In this document: positions 9,512 to 17,963 of the stretch, piece by piece
How positions within the stretch are numbered: position 1 is the first letter of the stretch
Layout: each line of letters begins with the position of its first letter
Assembly (NCBI GenBank): GCA_038877255.1
Contig: JAVYWZ010000002.1
Span: forward strand, 1 to 48,341
Length of the DNA stretch: 48,341 nt
DNA from: Candidatus Micrarchaeaceae archaeon
Lineage (GTDB): Archaea > Micrarchaeota > Micrarchaeia > Micrarchaeales > CABMGC01
Reading direction: 5' to 3'
Notes under the pieces: generated by a model
Database searches by the model: none
What the model was told of the DNA's origin: nothing
Seen by the model: the letters and a program-made list of their open reading frames with translations, nothing else
Program-made: the position numbers and the translations under genes

Positions 9512-10798
9512 ATGGCAAAAGTGCTTATAGAGACTTACGGCTGCACGCTTAACCAAGCAGACAGCAAGCTAATGGGCGGCTTGCTTGAGAAGGCAGGGCA
9601 TTACGTTGAGTATGGGAGTTATGCTGATGCATATAGTGGCAAGTATGACTTAGTTGTGGTAAATACGTGCACGGTAAAAACGCCTACTGAGCAGAAGATA
9701 TTAAACAAGATACGCTCTATGAAAACGCTGGGCACGAGGCTTATTGTAGCAGGTTGCCTTGCAAGCGCAAGCCAAAATGAGATTGAAGCAGCAGCGCCAA
9801 ATGCAAGCATAATAAACACAATGAGCATCGCACGCATAACAGAAGCGGCGTTCAATGCCCTTGCAGGAAATCGCGGGATCTACGTTAGTAAGAGCATTAG
9901 CGACAAGCTTTCCTTGTACACACCGCAAAACTCAGTAGTCGCTAGGGTGCCAATCAGCGAAGGCTGCCTCAGCAATTGCACGTTTTGCGAGACCAAATTT
10001 GCTCGAGGCCCTTTAAACAGCTTTTCAGAAGAGCTAATACTCAAAGCAATAAAAGATAGTTTGGCGCATGGCGCAAAGGAGATAGAGCTTACAGCACAAG
10101 ATACAGGGGCATATGGCATAGACAAAAAGACCAATATTGCTGAACTGCTTGAAAAAGCAACAGAGATAGAGGGCGATTTCAAGATAAGGCTTGGAATGCT
10201 TAATCCTGAGCACCTACACAGGTATTTTGACAGGCTTGTCGAAGCATACAGAAGTGACAAGCTATACAAGTTTGTGCATCTGCCAGTGCAGTCTGGCAGC
10301 AACAGCGTACTTAAAGATATGAAAAGGAATTACACCGCTGAGGAATTCGAGCGCTACGTCAAGGAATTAAGGAGCAAGATCAAGGGCATAAGCATCGAAA
10401 CTGATATGATAGTAGGTTACCCCACAGAAACACGCAGCGATTTCGAAGAATCAATAGCACTCATACAAAACACAAGGCCTGAGATTACCAACGTTTCAAA
10501 GTTCGGAGCAAGGCCGCATGCTGAAGCTTCCAGGCTAAAGCAATTGGAAAACAGCGAGATAAAAGCAAGGAGCATAAAAATGAGTAGATTAGTAAGGCAG
10601 ATACAGAGCGAGTTGAGAGGCGCGCTCGTAGGCACAGTTCAAAAGGTTCTTGTAACAGAGGAGAATGCTAGATCGTTTACAGGCAGGACTGAAAGCTACA
10701 TAAGCGTTGCATTCGTCAAGCCTGTTACTAACGTTTCGATAGGCACATATGCTGTTGCTAAAATACACAGAAGCACATCTGCTTGTCTTCTTGCGTAG
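9512..10798 (+). CDS. Radical-SAM methylthiotransferase, MiaB/MtaB (CDKAL1-like) family
   Basis: N-terminal UPF0004 domain (ETYGCTLNQADS, VNTCTV), radical SAM CxxxCxxC (CLSNCTFC), and a C-terminal TRAM-like domain. Confidence 0.85.
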   Translation: MAKVLIETYGCTLNQADSKLMGGLLEKAGHYVEYGSYADAYSGKYDLVVVNTCTVKTPTEQKILNKIRSMKTLGTRLIVAGCLASASQNEIEAAAPNASIINTMSIARITEAAFNALAGNRGIYVSKSISDKLSLYTPQNSVVARVPISEGCLSNCTFCETKFARGPLNSFSEELILKAIKDSLAHGAKEIELTAQDTGAYGIDKKTNIAELLEKATEIEGDFKIRLGMLNPEHLHRYFDRLVEAYRSDKLYKFVHLPVQSGSNSVLKDMKRNYTAEEFERYVKELRSKIKGISIETDMIVGYPTETRSDFEESIALIQNTRPEITNVSKFGARPHAEASRLKQLENSEIKARSIKMSRLVRQIQSELRGALVGTVQKVLVTEENARSFTGRTESYISVAFVKPVTNVSIGTYAVAKIHRSTSACLLA

Positions 10799-10855
10799 CT
10801 ATTTCTATTTGCCAAGATGCTAAAGGATTTTAAACTCACATGCGTAATACTTTGC

Positions 10856-12184
10856 ATGTATTCTGAAGAGCTTGAGCGATTACTTAGCACAATGAAAATA
10901 TCGTTAGGCAGCAGGATAAGGCTAAAAATAGGCAAGTCCGTATTCGAAGGCATTCTGATGCCTAGGCCGGATCTTGGAGACAATTCCATAATAGTGCTTA
11001 AGCTTGACAACGGCTACAACATAGGCATAAAATACACGACAAGCATGCATATAGAAAAGGTAGGCAAAGAACGGACTGCGTTCGAATTCCCAAAAGCCGA
11101 AATAAAATCAAATCCATCGCTAAGCAACATAACATTAGTATCTACAGGGGGCACTATAGAGAGCAGAATAGACTACATTACTGGCGGCGTGTATATGCTC
11201 GTAAAGCCAGAGGAACTTCTTTATGAAGTACCTGAATTAGCGAATATAGCAAACATAAACATAGTAACGCCGATGAGCATAGCAAGCGAGGATATGACAT
11301 ATCTGGACTGGCAGGCAATTGCCAAGGAAGTGGCAAAGGCGTTTGAAGGAGGTTCTCGCGGAGTAGTCATAATGCATGGCACAGACACCATGCATTACTC
11401 TTCAGCAGCTCTAAGCTTCATGCTTCAGAATCTGCCTGGACCTGTTGTGCTCACAGGCGCACAGAGAAGCGGGGACAGGGGATCGAGCGACGCGTTTATG
11501 AATCTCATATGCTCGAGTATAATTGCAGCAAGGAGCGACATAGCAGAGGTAGGCATATGCATGCATGCTAGCAGCTCTGACGATTATTGCAATTTTATAA
11601 GAGGCACAAAGGCAAGAAAGATGCATACTTCAAGGAGAGATGCTTTCAGGCCGATAAATGAAAAACCCATAGCAAGTGTCTCTGAGAATGGAGCCATACA
11701 TTACATAAGCGAGTATGCAAAGCCCAAGAGTGGCGGTCTCAATCTTCTTACAGGGTATGAACCCAAGGTGGCGCTTGTGAAATTTTATCCCAATTCAGAC
11801 CCCGGCATAATCGACTACTATTTAAGCAAAGGCTTCAAAGGGCTTATAATAGAGGGCACTGGGCTTGGCCATGTCGCAATAACTCCTAGGCAGAGTAGCT
11901 ATTCCTGGCTAGGTAGCATAAAAAACGCTGTGGAGAGCGGCATCGTAGTAGGCGTAACTTCGCAATGCCTTTATGGCAGGACCAACTCGAGCGTTTACAG
12001 AAACCTAAGGCTGCTAGCCAATGCAGGCGCAATCCATTGCGAGGACATGCTGCCAGAAACTGCACTTGTAAAGTTAGGATTTCTACTCGGAAACTACAAA
12101 AAAGAAGAGGCAGCATCTATGCTGAATAAGAATCTTGTCGGTGAAATAAAGAACAGGACAGAAATAGACGCGTTCCTGGTGTGA
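10856..12184 (+). CDS. gatD: Glutamyl-tRNA(Gln) amidotransferase subunit D
   Basis: Asparaginase-type motifs STGGTIES and HGTDTM, preceded by the GatD-specific N-terminal beta domain. It lies immediately upstream of gatE. The track start 10817 adds a hydrophobic extension, so ATG 10856 is preferred. Confidence 0.9.
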   Translation: MYSEELERLLSTMKISLGSRIRLKIGKSVFEGILMPRPDLGDNSIIVLKLDNGYNIGIKYTTSMHIEKVGKERTAFEFPKAEIKSNPSLSNITLVSTGGTIESRIDYITGGVYMLVKPEELLYEVPELANIANINIVTPMSIASEDMTYLDWQAIAKEVAKAFEGGSRGVVIMHGTDTMHYSSAALSFMLQNLPGPVVLTGAQRSGDRGSSDAFMNLICSSIIAARSDIAEVGICMHASSSDDYCNFIRGTKARKMHTSRRDAFRPINEKPIASVSENGAIHYISEYAKPKSGGLNLLTGYEPKVALVKFYPNSDPGIIDYYLSKGFKGLIIEGTGLGHVAITPRQSSYSWLGSIKNAVESGIVVGVTSQCLYGRTNSSVYRNLRLLANAGAIHCEDMLPETALVKLGFLLGNYKKEEAASMLNKNLVGEIKNRTEIDAFLV

Positions 12185-12186
12185 CA

Positions 12187-14031
12187 ATGCGCAATAGCAA
12201 ATTTTACAAAGATATAGGCTTCATGTGCGGCCTTGAGATACACCAGAGGCTCGCGACAAAAGAGAAACTTTTCTGCGCTTGCAAGGCAAATCTTGAAACC
12301 GACGAATCAATAGGCGAGATACGCAGAAGGCAAAGAGCAGTTGCAGGAGAACTTGGAGTAATAGACGCTTCAACCCAGTTCGAGAGCAGCAAAAACAGGC
12401 AGTTTGTGTATAATACTTTTGAAAAGGAAACATGCCTTGTAGATGTAGACGAGGAGCCACCGCACGATCTTAACAAAGAAGCATTGGGCATAGCCCTGCA
12501 GATTGCCGCAGCGTTCAACGCAAAGGTTCCTGACGAGCTTGAACCTATGAGAAAGGTGGTTGTTGATGGCAGCGACCCGAGCGCATTCCAAAGGACAATT
12601 CTCGTAGGCTACGACGGCTATGTAAAAGTCGGCAGCAAAAAGATAAACGTACCTTCTATATTTTTGGAGGAAGAGTCAAGCGGCATAGAGCACAGTGACA
12701 GGGAGCTTGTGATATATAACGTAGACAGGCTGGGCATACCGCTTGTAGAGATAGACACAGCACCAGAAATATCTACGCCTGAAGAAGCAAAGGAAGCGGC
12801 AAAGCAGATAGGCCTGCTGCTAAGGCTCACAGGAAAGGTGCAGAGGGGTATAGGCACGATAAGGCAAGATGTTAACGTCTCTATAAAGAATGGAGCGCGC
12901 ACTGAAATAAAAGGATTCCAAGACCTAGACTCAATGCCGCAGGTAATAGACAATGAAGTAGAAAGGCAGTTGGCTCTTCTAAAAGTGCGGGACATGGTTG
13001 CGAAAAGGAAAGCAGAAGTTGGCCAAGCAATAGATATTTCACATGTGTTTTCAAGCACAAAATGCGGGATAATACGCAAAAGCCTTGATTCAAATGGTAC
13101 AGTTATCGGATTTGCCCTTAAAGGATTCAAAGGCGCGCTAGGCTATGAATTAAACCCTGGCAGACGCCTAGGGAGCGAGATAAGCGAATACGCAAAACTT
13201 GCAGGAGTTGGAGGGATAATTCACAGCGACGAAAACCTTGCACAGTATGGAATAAGCGAAAGCGAGATAAGGGAAATAGAAAAGGCTTTAAAAACTGGCG
13301 CAAACGATGCGTTTGTGCTTGTAACAGGACCCTCAGATGTATGCGCTACTGCTGTTGCTTATGCTAGACAGCGTGCAGAACTTGCTATAAAGCAGGTGCC
13401 GAAGGAAACCCGTGGGATAGATAGCAAAACCCTCATTACAAAGTTTTTAAGGCCGCTGCCAGGAGGCTCAAGAATGTATCCGGAAACAGACATAAGGCCA
13501 ATACCGGTAAATGCAAAGGAATATGGAATATTGATAAAGAAGGCGGTAAATCCTGAAATTGTATTGAAAGAACTTGAAAAGGAAATAGAAAACAAAGACC
13601 TTGCTATGCAAATGCTATGGTCTCCGCTGCTAAGCACATACAATGAGATATTGAACAAAACCGGCGTTATGGGAAGCGTTGTAGCACCAATCCTGCTCGA
13701 AAAATACACAGAGCTAAGGCGCCAGGGCATAGATACTGAAGCCATTACAACCGACGCCATTGTCGCAATTTTTGAAGAGTACAAGTCGAAAACAATAACC
13801 AAGGCTGCTATAGAGGAGTTGCTTAAGCATACGCCAAAAACAAAGAAAGATGTTTTAGACGCAATACGCTCGCTTAACCTGCAGCGCATCACTGGCAGAA
13901 GGCTCGAAGAGCTGGTAGCTAAATTCAGCGACAAACCCAAGAACGATACGCTCAGAGAGATAATGGCAAAATACAGACTTGTAGTAGACGGAGCCGAGCT
14001 CAACGCGCTTCTGAAAACGATGAAACAATGA
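12187..14031 (+). CDS. gatE: Glutamyl-tRNA(Gln) amidotransferase subunit E
   Basis: GatB/E core (GLEIHQRL, DVDEEPPH, FLEEESSG, QDVNVS), an AspRS-like insertion, and a C-terminal YqeY-like tail. Overlaps the gatD stop (alternative GTG start at 12181). Confidence 0.9.
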   Translation: MRNSKFYKDIGFMCGLEIHQRLATKEKLFCACKANLETDESIGEIRRRQRAVAGELGVIDASTQFESSKNRQFVYNTFEKETCLVDVDEEPPHDLNKEALGIALQIAAAFNAKVPDELEPMRKVVVDGSDPSAFQRTILVGYDGYVKVGSKKINVPSIFLEEESSGIEHSDRELVIYNVDRLGIPLVEIDTAPEISTPEEAKEAAKQIGLLLRLTGKVQRGIGTIRQDVNVSIKNGARTEIKGFQDLDSMPQVIDNEVERQLALLKVRDMVAKRKAEVGQAIDISHVFSSTKCGIIRKSLDSNGTVIGFALKGFKGALGYELNPGRRLGSEISEYAKLAGVGGIIHSDENLAQYGISESEIREIEKALKTGANDAFVLVTGPSDVCATAVAYARQRAELAIKQVPKETRGIDSKTLITKFLRPLPGGSRMYPETDIRPIPVNAKEYGILIKKAVNPEIVLKELEKEIENKDLAMQMLWSPLLSTYNEILNKTGVMGSVVAPILLEKYTELRRQGIDTEAITTDAIVAIFEEYKSKTITKAAIEELLKHTPKTKKDVLDAIRSLNLQRITGRRLEELVAKFSDKPKNDTLREIMAKYRLVVDGAELNALLKTMKQ

Positions 14032-14543
14032 GAACAATATACAAAGGCAAGCTTTTAGAACTCGACCAAAAATTCTCAAGGCGTGCCCAAGGCAAATTAG
14101 AGATTGTAAAAACCAAAGATGCTGCTGTAATAGTGCCAGTACTAAATAACAAGATAGTGATTGAGAAGCAGTATAGAGCAGCAATAAATAAGTATATTTA
14201 TGAATTGCCTGCAGGACATATAGAGAAAGGTGAAAGCCCTGAAAAATCGGCCAGGCGCGAACTTGAGGAAGAAACTGGCTATACCGCAGGCAAAATTAAA
14301 TATCTCGTTAATGCGTATTCTTCTCCTGGAATCCTTACAGAAAGGTTGTATTTTTATCTGGCTACTGACCTTAAGAAAGGCAAGCCGCATAGGGAGCCCG
14401 ATGAGCTAATAGAACTCAGGCAGATAAGCCTTGCAGATGCAATAGGGATGATTCGCGACGGCACTGTAAATGACATGAAAACGATAGCAGGATTGTTGTT
14501 TTATTCTGTTTTCTATGCAAAAGCGCCACATAACTTACGGTAA
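14028..14543 (+). CDS. Nudix hydrolase (ADP-ribose pyrophosphatase-like)
   Basis: Nudix box GHIEKGESPEKSARRELEEETGY. ATGA overlap with the gatE stop. Confidence 0.85.
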   Translation: MRTIYKGKLLELDQKFSRRAQGKLEIVKTKDAAVIVPVLNNKIVIEKQYRAAINKYIYELPAGHIEKGESPEKSARRELEEETGYTAGKIKYLVNAYSSPGILTERLYFYLATDLKKGKPHREPDELIELRQISLADAIGMIRDGTVNDMKTIAGLLFYSVFYAKAPHNLR

Positions 14544-14583
14544 ACTACACAGTACATTACAATACATTACAAAAATATTATGC

Positions 14584-16335
14584 CTATTTTTGCTTGCTTG
14601 CTTTTACTTTGCTTATTTCATTGAGCAAGTCCTGTTCCTCACTGCTCAGCAGGTAACTGAATTTTGTTTTAAGCAGGCGCTCCTCTTCATCGTTCAGAAA
14701 AGTGTATAGCACGTCACCTTCTTTTATTTGCCTGCCGAATGTTATGCCATCTATTGATATTGCAACTTCCTGCCCTGGCTTTGCCTCTTCAAGCCTTACG
14801 CCATTAGACTGCATCTCCTTCAGCCTGCCTATTATACTGCCATATTGATTCATAAGCAACGAACTGGATTCCAACTTTCCGGAAATTACTTCTATGCCAA
14901 AGATTGCCGGCTTTGATATTCTGAAAACCGAGTTTGGCAAAACCGTTATTTTTGCAGGCAACGTAACTGTTTTAAGTGCCAGCATTTTCTCTTCCTGCTT
15001 CGCTTTTTCAAGCCACGCCTTGTAATTGTCTAGAACCTCATATATTATGTTGTCGCTTATTATGTCAACACCTGACGCGGCACTTTCTGAAGCGGCATCG
15101 TCTTCAACAGGTACATTAAAGGCGAGCACAACAGCACTGTACGGATCAACGGCACGCATAGCGAAGGCATCAAGCACGTCTCTCTTGCTAACTCCGCCTA
15201 TGCCTTTTTTGCTTATGCTTATGTTGTTGTTTTTTAGAAGCCTTGACAACGCTTCTAATGTGCCTATGGTGTCTGCCTTTAGCACTATTCCTGACTTGTT
15301 GACTTCAAACACTTCTTTCATTTCTTCACTCAGCTCTGTTGCATAATCGCGTATGCGCGTAGAAAGAATGAGCGATCCTGGAAGAGCGTCTTCAAGTCCA
15401 GGAGCGCTTATCTTAACGCCTGATGCGGCGCTAACTTCGTCTATGAAATCGAACTTACTTGTTGATTCGCGTATTTCATGAAGAGGCTTTGGCTTTAGCA
15501 ACGCCTTTATCTTCGTCGTGCTTATGCCTTTAGAAGTGGAAAAGGCTACTGTATCGCCCACTTTAAGAGTTCCGTTGTAAAGTATGATATCTATGGTTGT
15601 GCCTAGCCCAGTCTCCTCTTTCTTTTCAAGTATGCTGCCCCTGCCAGGCCCTTTTACTTCTATGTCAAGCCTTGCTTCGAGGAAGCGCTGGGAAAGCCCG
15701 GCGACATACATAAGCAGCTCTGCTACGCCTTCGCCTGTCCTTGCGCTAACAGGCACTATTGCAATTTCTTTTTTGAAATCGGTTATGCGATCGAAGCGCT
15801 CACTTCCAAAGCCAAGCTCGCTAAGCTTTCCGATAAACATGTATATGCGTGCATCAAGCGCATCTGCAACTGATTTTGTTTGATTACCAAGCGATTCGGA
15901 AATGCTATATGTTTTGCTGCTATGCCAGCCGGTTATAAGATCTATCTTATTTGCGGCTACGAGGAAGGGCGTTTTGTATTGCTTGAGTATTTCTATAGCT
16001 TCGTAAGTTTGTGGTTCGAAGCCTTTTGAAACATCTACAACAAGTATAGCCAAATCTGCAACTGCTCCGCCACGCCTCCTGAGATTCGTGAAAGCCTCAT
16101 GGCCTGGAGTATCTATAAACAATAGCCCCGGAATCTTCAACTCACCTTTGAATGAGTTGAGCAACGCGCCAGAGATGACTTTTATAACCTGTATTGGCAC
16201 TTCGCTTGCACCTATGTGCTGCGTTATGCCTCCGGCTTCTTTGCTTGCGATTGTTGTACTCCTTATTTTATCAAGCAGTGTTGTCTTTCCATGGTCTACA
16301 TGACCCATAACGCAAATGATAGGTTGCCTTATCAT
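14584..16335 (-). CDS. infB: Translation initiation factor aIF5B (IF-2)
   Basis: GTPase motifs VMGHVDHGKTTLLD, DTPGH and NKID. Four-domain length of 583 aa with no intein-sized insertion. Confidence 0.93.
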   Translation of the reverse strand: MIRQPIICVMGHVDHGKTTLLDKIRSTTIASKEAGGITQHIGASEVPIQVIKVISGALLNSFKGELKIPGLLFIDTPGHEAFTNLRRRGGAVADLAILVVDVSKGFEPQTYEAIEILKQYKTPFLVAANKIDLITGWHSSKTYSISESLGNQTKSVADALDARIYMFIGKLSELGFGSERFDRITDFKKEIAIVPVSARTGEGVAELLMYVAGLSQRFLEARLDIEVKGPGRGSILEKKEETGLGTTIDIILYNGTLKVGDTVAFSTSKGISTTKIKALLKPKPLHEIRESTSKFDFIDEVSAASGVKISAPGLEDALPGSLILSTRIRDYATELSEEMKEVFEVNKSGIVLKADTIGTLEALSRLLKNNNISISKKGIGGVSKRDVLDAFAMRAVDPYSAVVLAFNVPVEDDAASESAASGVDIISDNIIYEVLDNYKAWLEKAKQEEKMLALKTVTLPAKITVLPNSVFRISKPAIFGIEVISGKLESSSLLMNQYGSIIGRLKEMQSNGVRLEEAKPGQEVAISIDGITFGRQIKEGDVLYTFLNDEEERLLKTKFSYLLSSEEQDLLNEISKVKASKQK

Positions 16336-16353
16336 AGCGCTGCGCCGCTTTAA

Positions 16354-16674
16354 TTACCTATAATCGCCGTTCCCAGAAATTTTACCCCGGTTTTTCCTGT
16401 CGCTGAGTTTCTCTAGATTATGATTGGCGACATCGTCCATCTCTATGCCAAGTTCGGTTGCCATTTGCGAAACATACCAAAGCACATCCCCGAGCTCGCC
16501 AGCAATTGCGTCTTTATCAATAGGAGCATTGTCTCTCGCGATCTTCTTTATCTTGTTAAGAAGCTCGCCCACTTCACCTGCAAGGCCTATTGCAGCATAA
16601 TATACGCCACCTGTAAGCTGCTTGGGGTATATCGCAGTAGTGCTGGCCTTATCCTGATATTCCGAAAAATTCAT
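16354..16674 (-). CDS. MazG-like nucleotide pyrophosphohydrolase (small all-alpha NTP-PPase)
   Basis: GLAGEVGELLNKIKK ... ELGDVLWY corresponds to the EExxE..D metal-binding helices of the MazG/YpjD family. It lies 18 nt upstream of infB on the same strand. Confidence 0.75.
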   Translation of the reverse strand: MNFSEYQDKASTTAIYPKQLTGGVYYAAIGLAGEVGELLNKIKKIARDNAPIDKDAIAGELGDVLWYVSQMATELGIEMDDVANHNLEKLSDRKNRGKISGNGDYR

Positions 16675-17090
16675 AAAATCACAATTTGTTTGTTTTGCAA
16701 TTCTGTTTTAACAGCACGAGCAGGAAACCCTGCCAAGTAAGCTGCTGCGTTAAAAAGAACTGCTATAATAGAATTATGACAGCGCATATATAAAAGTATT
16801 ACCGCAAGAACGAGTTTGGGACAAAGGCCATTCGTAATTCACGTGCGAAGATTGATTGCCAAAAAGAACATATAAGCAAGAAAGTTTATGTTATAGCATA
16901 TCAGATCATGCTGATAGAAAGAAATAAATTCACGATTGTTTTATATGCTGCTCTGAGAAAAAAAATAAAATATTATCAGGCATAACATCAGCATAGAGCG
17001 CAAAGGTTGATTTTCTGAAAGTTTCTGCAAGGAATGTGTCATATGCTACCAAAAGCTTGAAAAGCAGGTATGAATAATATTTGTGGTAAC

Positions 17091-17651
17091 ATGGAAAGAA
17101 CCTTGGTTTTGATAAAGCCTGACGGCGTGCTGCGCGGCCTCATAGGCAAGGTCATAAGTACGTTTGAAGATGCTGGACTAAAGATTGTAGCATTGAAGCT
17201 TGTAATTCCAACAGAAGAACTTGCACTCAAACATTATCCTGCTGATGAAGAATGGTATCGTTCTCTTTGGGAAAAAACTAAAAAGAGTGCTGAAGAACAA
17301 GGGAAAGAGTTCAATGAAACTATGCAGCAGACAGGTGAAAGGGTAAGGAATTTGCTCGTAAAGTATGTGGCTGGAGCTCCTGTGGTCGCAATGGTCGTAG
17401 AGGGCAACGAAGCCATAGTGAACGTAAGGAAAATAGCTGGAGCAACGTCGCCGACAAAAGCTGACCCGTCTACTCTACGTGGAAAATACTCAACAGATTC
17501 TTACGACCTTGCAGACATGCAGGCAAGGGCTGTACGCAACATAGTACACGCATCAGATTCAAAGGAAACTGCAGAACGTGAGATAAAATTATGGTTTGGC
17601 GCAAACGAAATTTTCGAATATAAAAAAGCGGATGAAGACGTTGTTTATTAG
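17091..17651 (+). CDS. ndk: Nucleoside diphosphate kinase, long form with insertions
   Basis: MERTLVLIKPDGV, PVVAMVVEG, RGKY, and the NIVHASDS catalytic His. It is roughly 30-40 aa longer than the classical ~150 aa Ndk because of an internal segment (PADEEWYRSLWEKTKKSAEEQGKEF..). Confidence 0.88.
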   Translation: MERTLVLIKPDGVLRGLIGKVISTFEDAGLKIVALKLVIPTEELALKHYPADEEWYRSLWEKTKKSAEEQGKEFNETMQQTGERVRNLLVKYVAGAPVVAMVVEGNEAIVNVRKIAGATSPTKADPSTLRGKYSTDSYDLADMQARAVRNIVHASDSKETAEREIKLWFGANEIFEYKKADEDVVY

Positions 17652-17653
17652 CT

Positions 17654-17959
17654 TTAGACTCCAAGTTGGCTCTTGTATTCGTCGCTTATCATTTCTGCGC
17701 TCCATGCAGGCTCCCATACCAACTCAATGTCGACTTTGCCGACTTGCGGGAGGCGGTCAAGCCTTAGTTGAACGTCAGCAAGTATTATGCTTGTCACCGG
17801 GCACATAGGGCTTGTCATAGTAAGAGTTAAAACTATGTTGTTGTTGTCATCGACTTTAATTCCGTAAATAAGGCCCAGATCGACTATGTTTATGTTTATT
17901 TCAGGGTCGTTTACTTCTTTGAGTGTTTCGACAATTTGCTTTATAGTTATAGTTCTCAT
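17654..17959 (-). CDS. DUF59/SufT-like Fe-S cluster assembly protein
   Basis: VNDPEININIVDLGLIYGI ... LTMTSPMCP is the DUF59 (MIP18/PaaD-like) signature with its conserved Cys. Confidence 0.8.
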   Translation of the reverse strand: MRTITIKQIVETLKEVNDPEININIVDLGLIYGIKVDDNNNIVLTLTMTSPMCPVTSIILADVQLRLDRLPQVGKVDIELVWEPAWSAEMISDEYKSQLGV

Positions 17960-17963
17960 TTTA

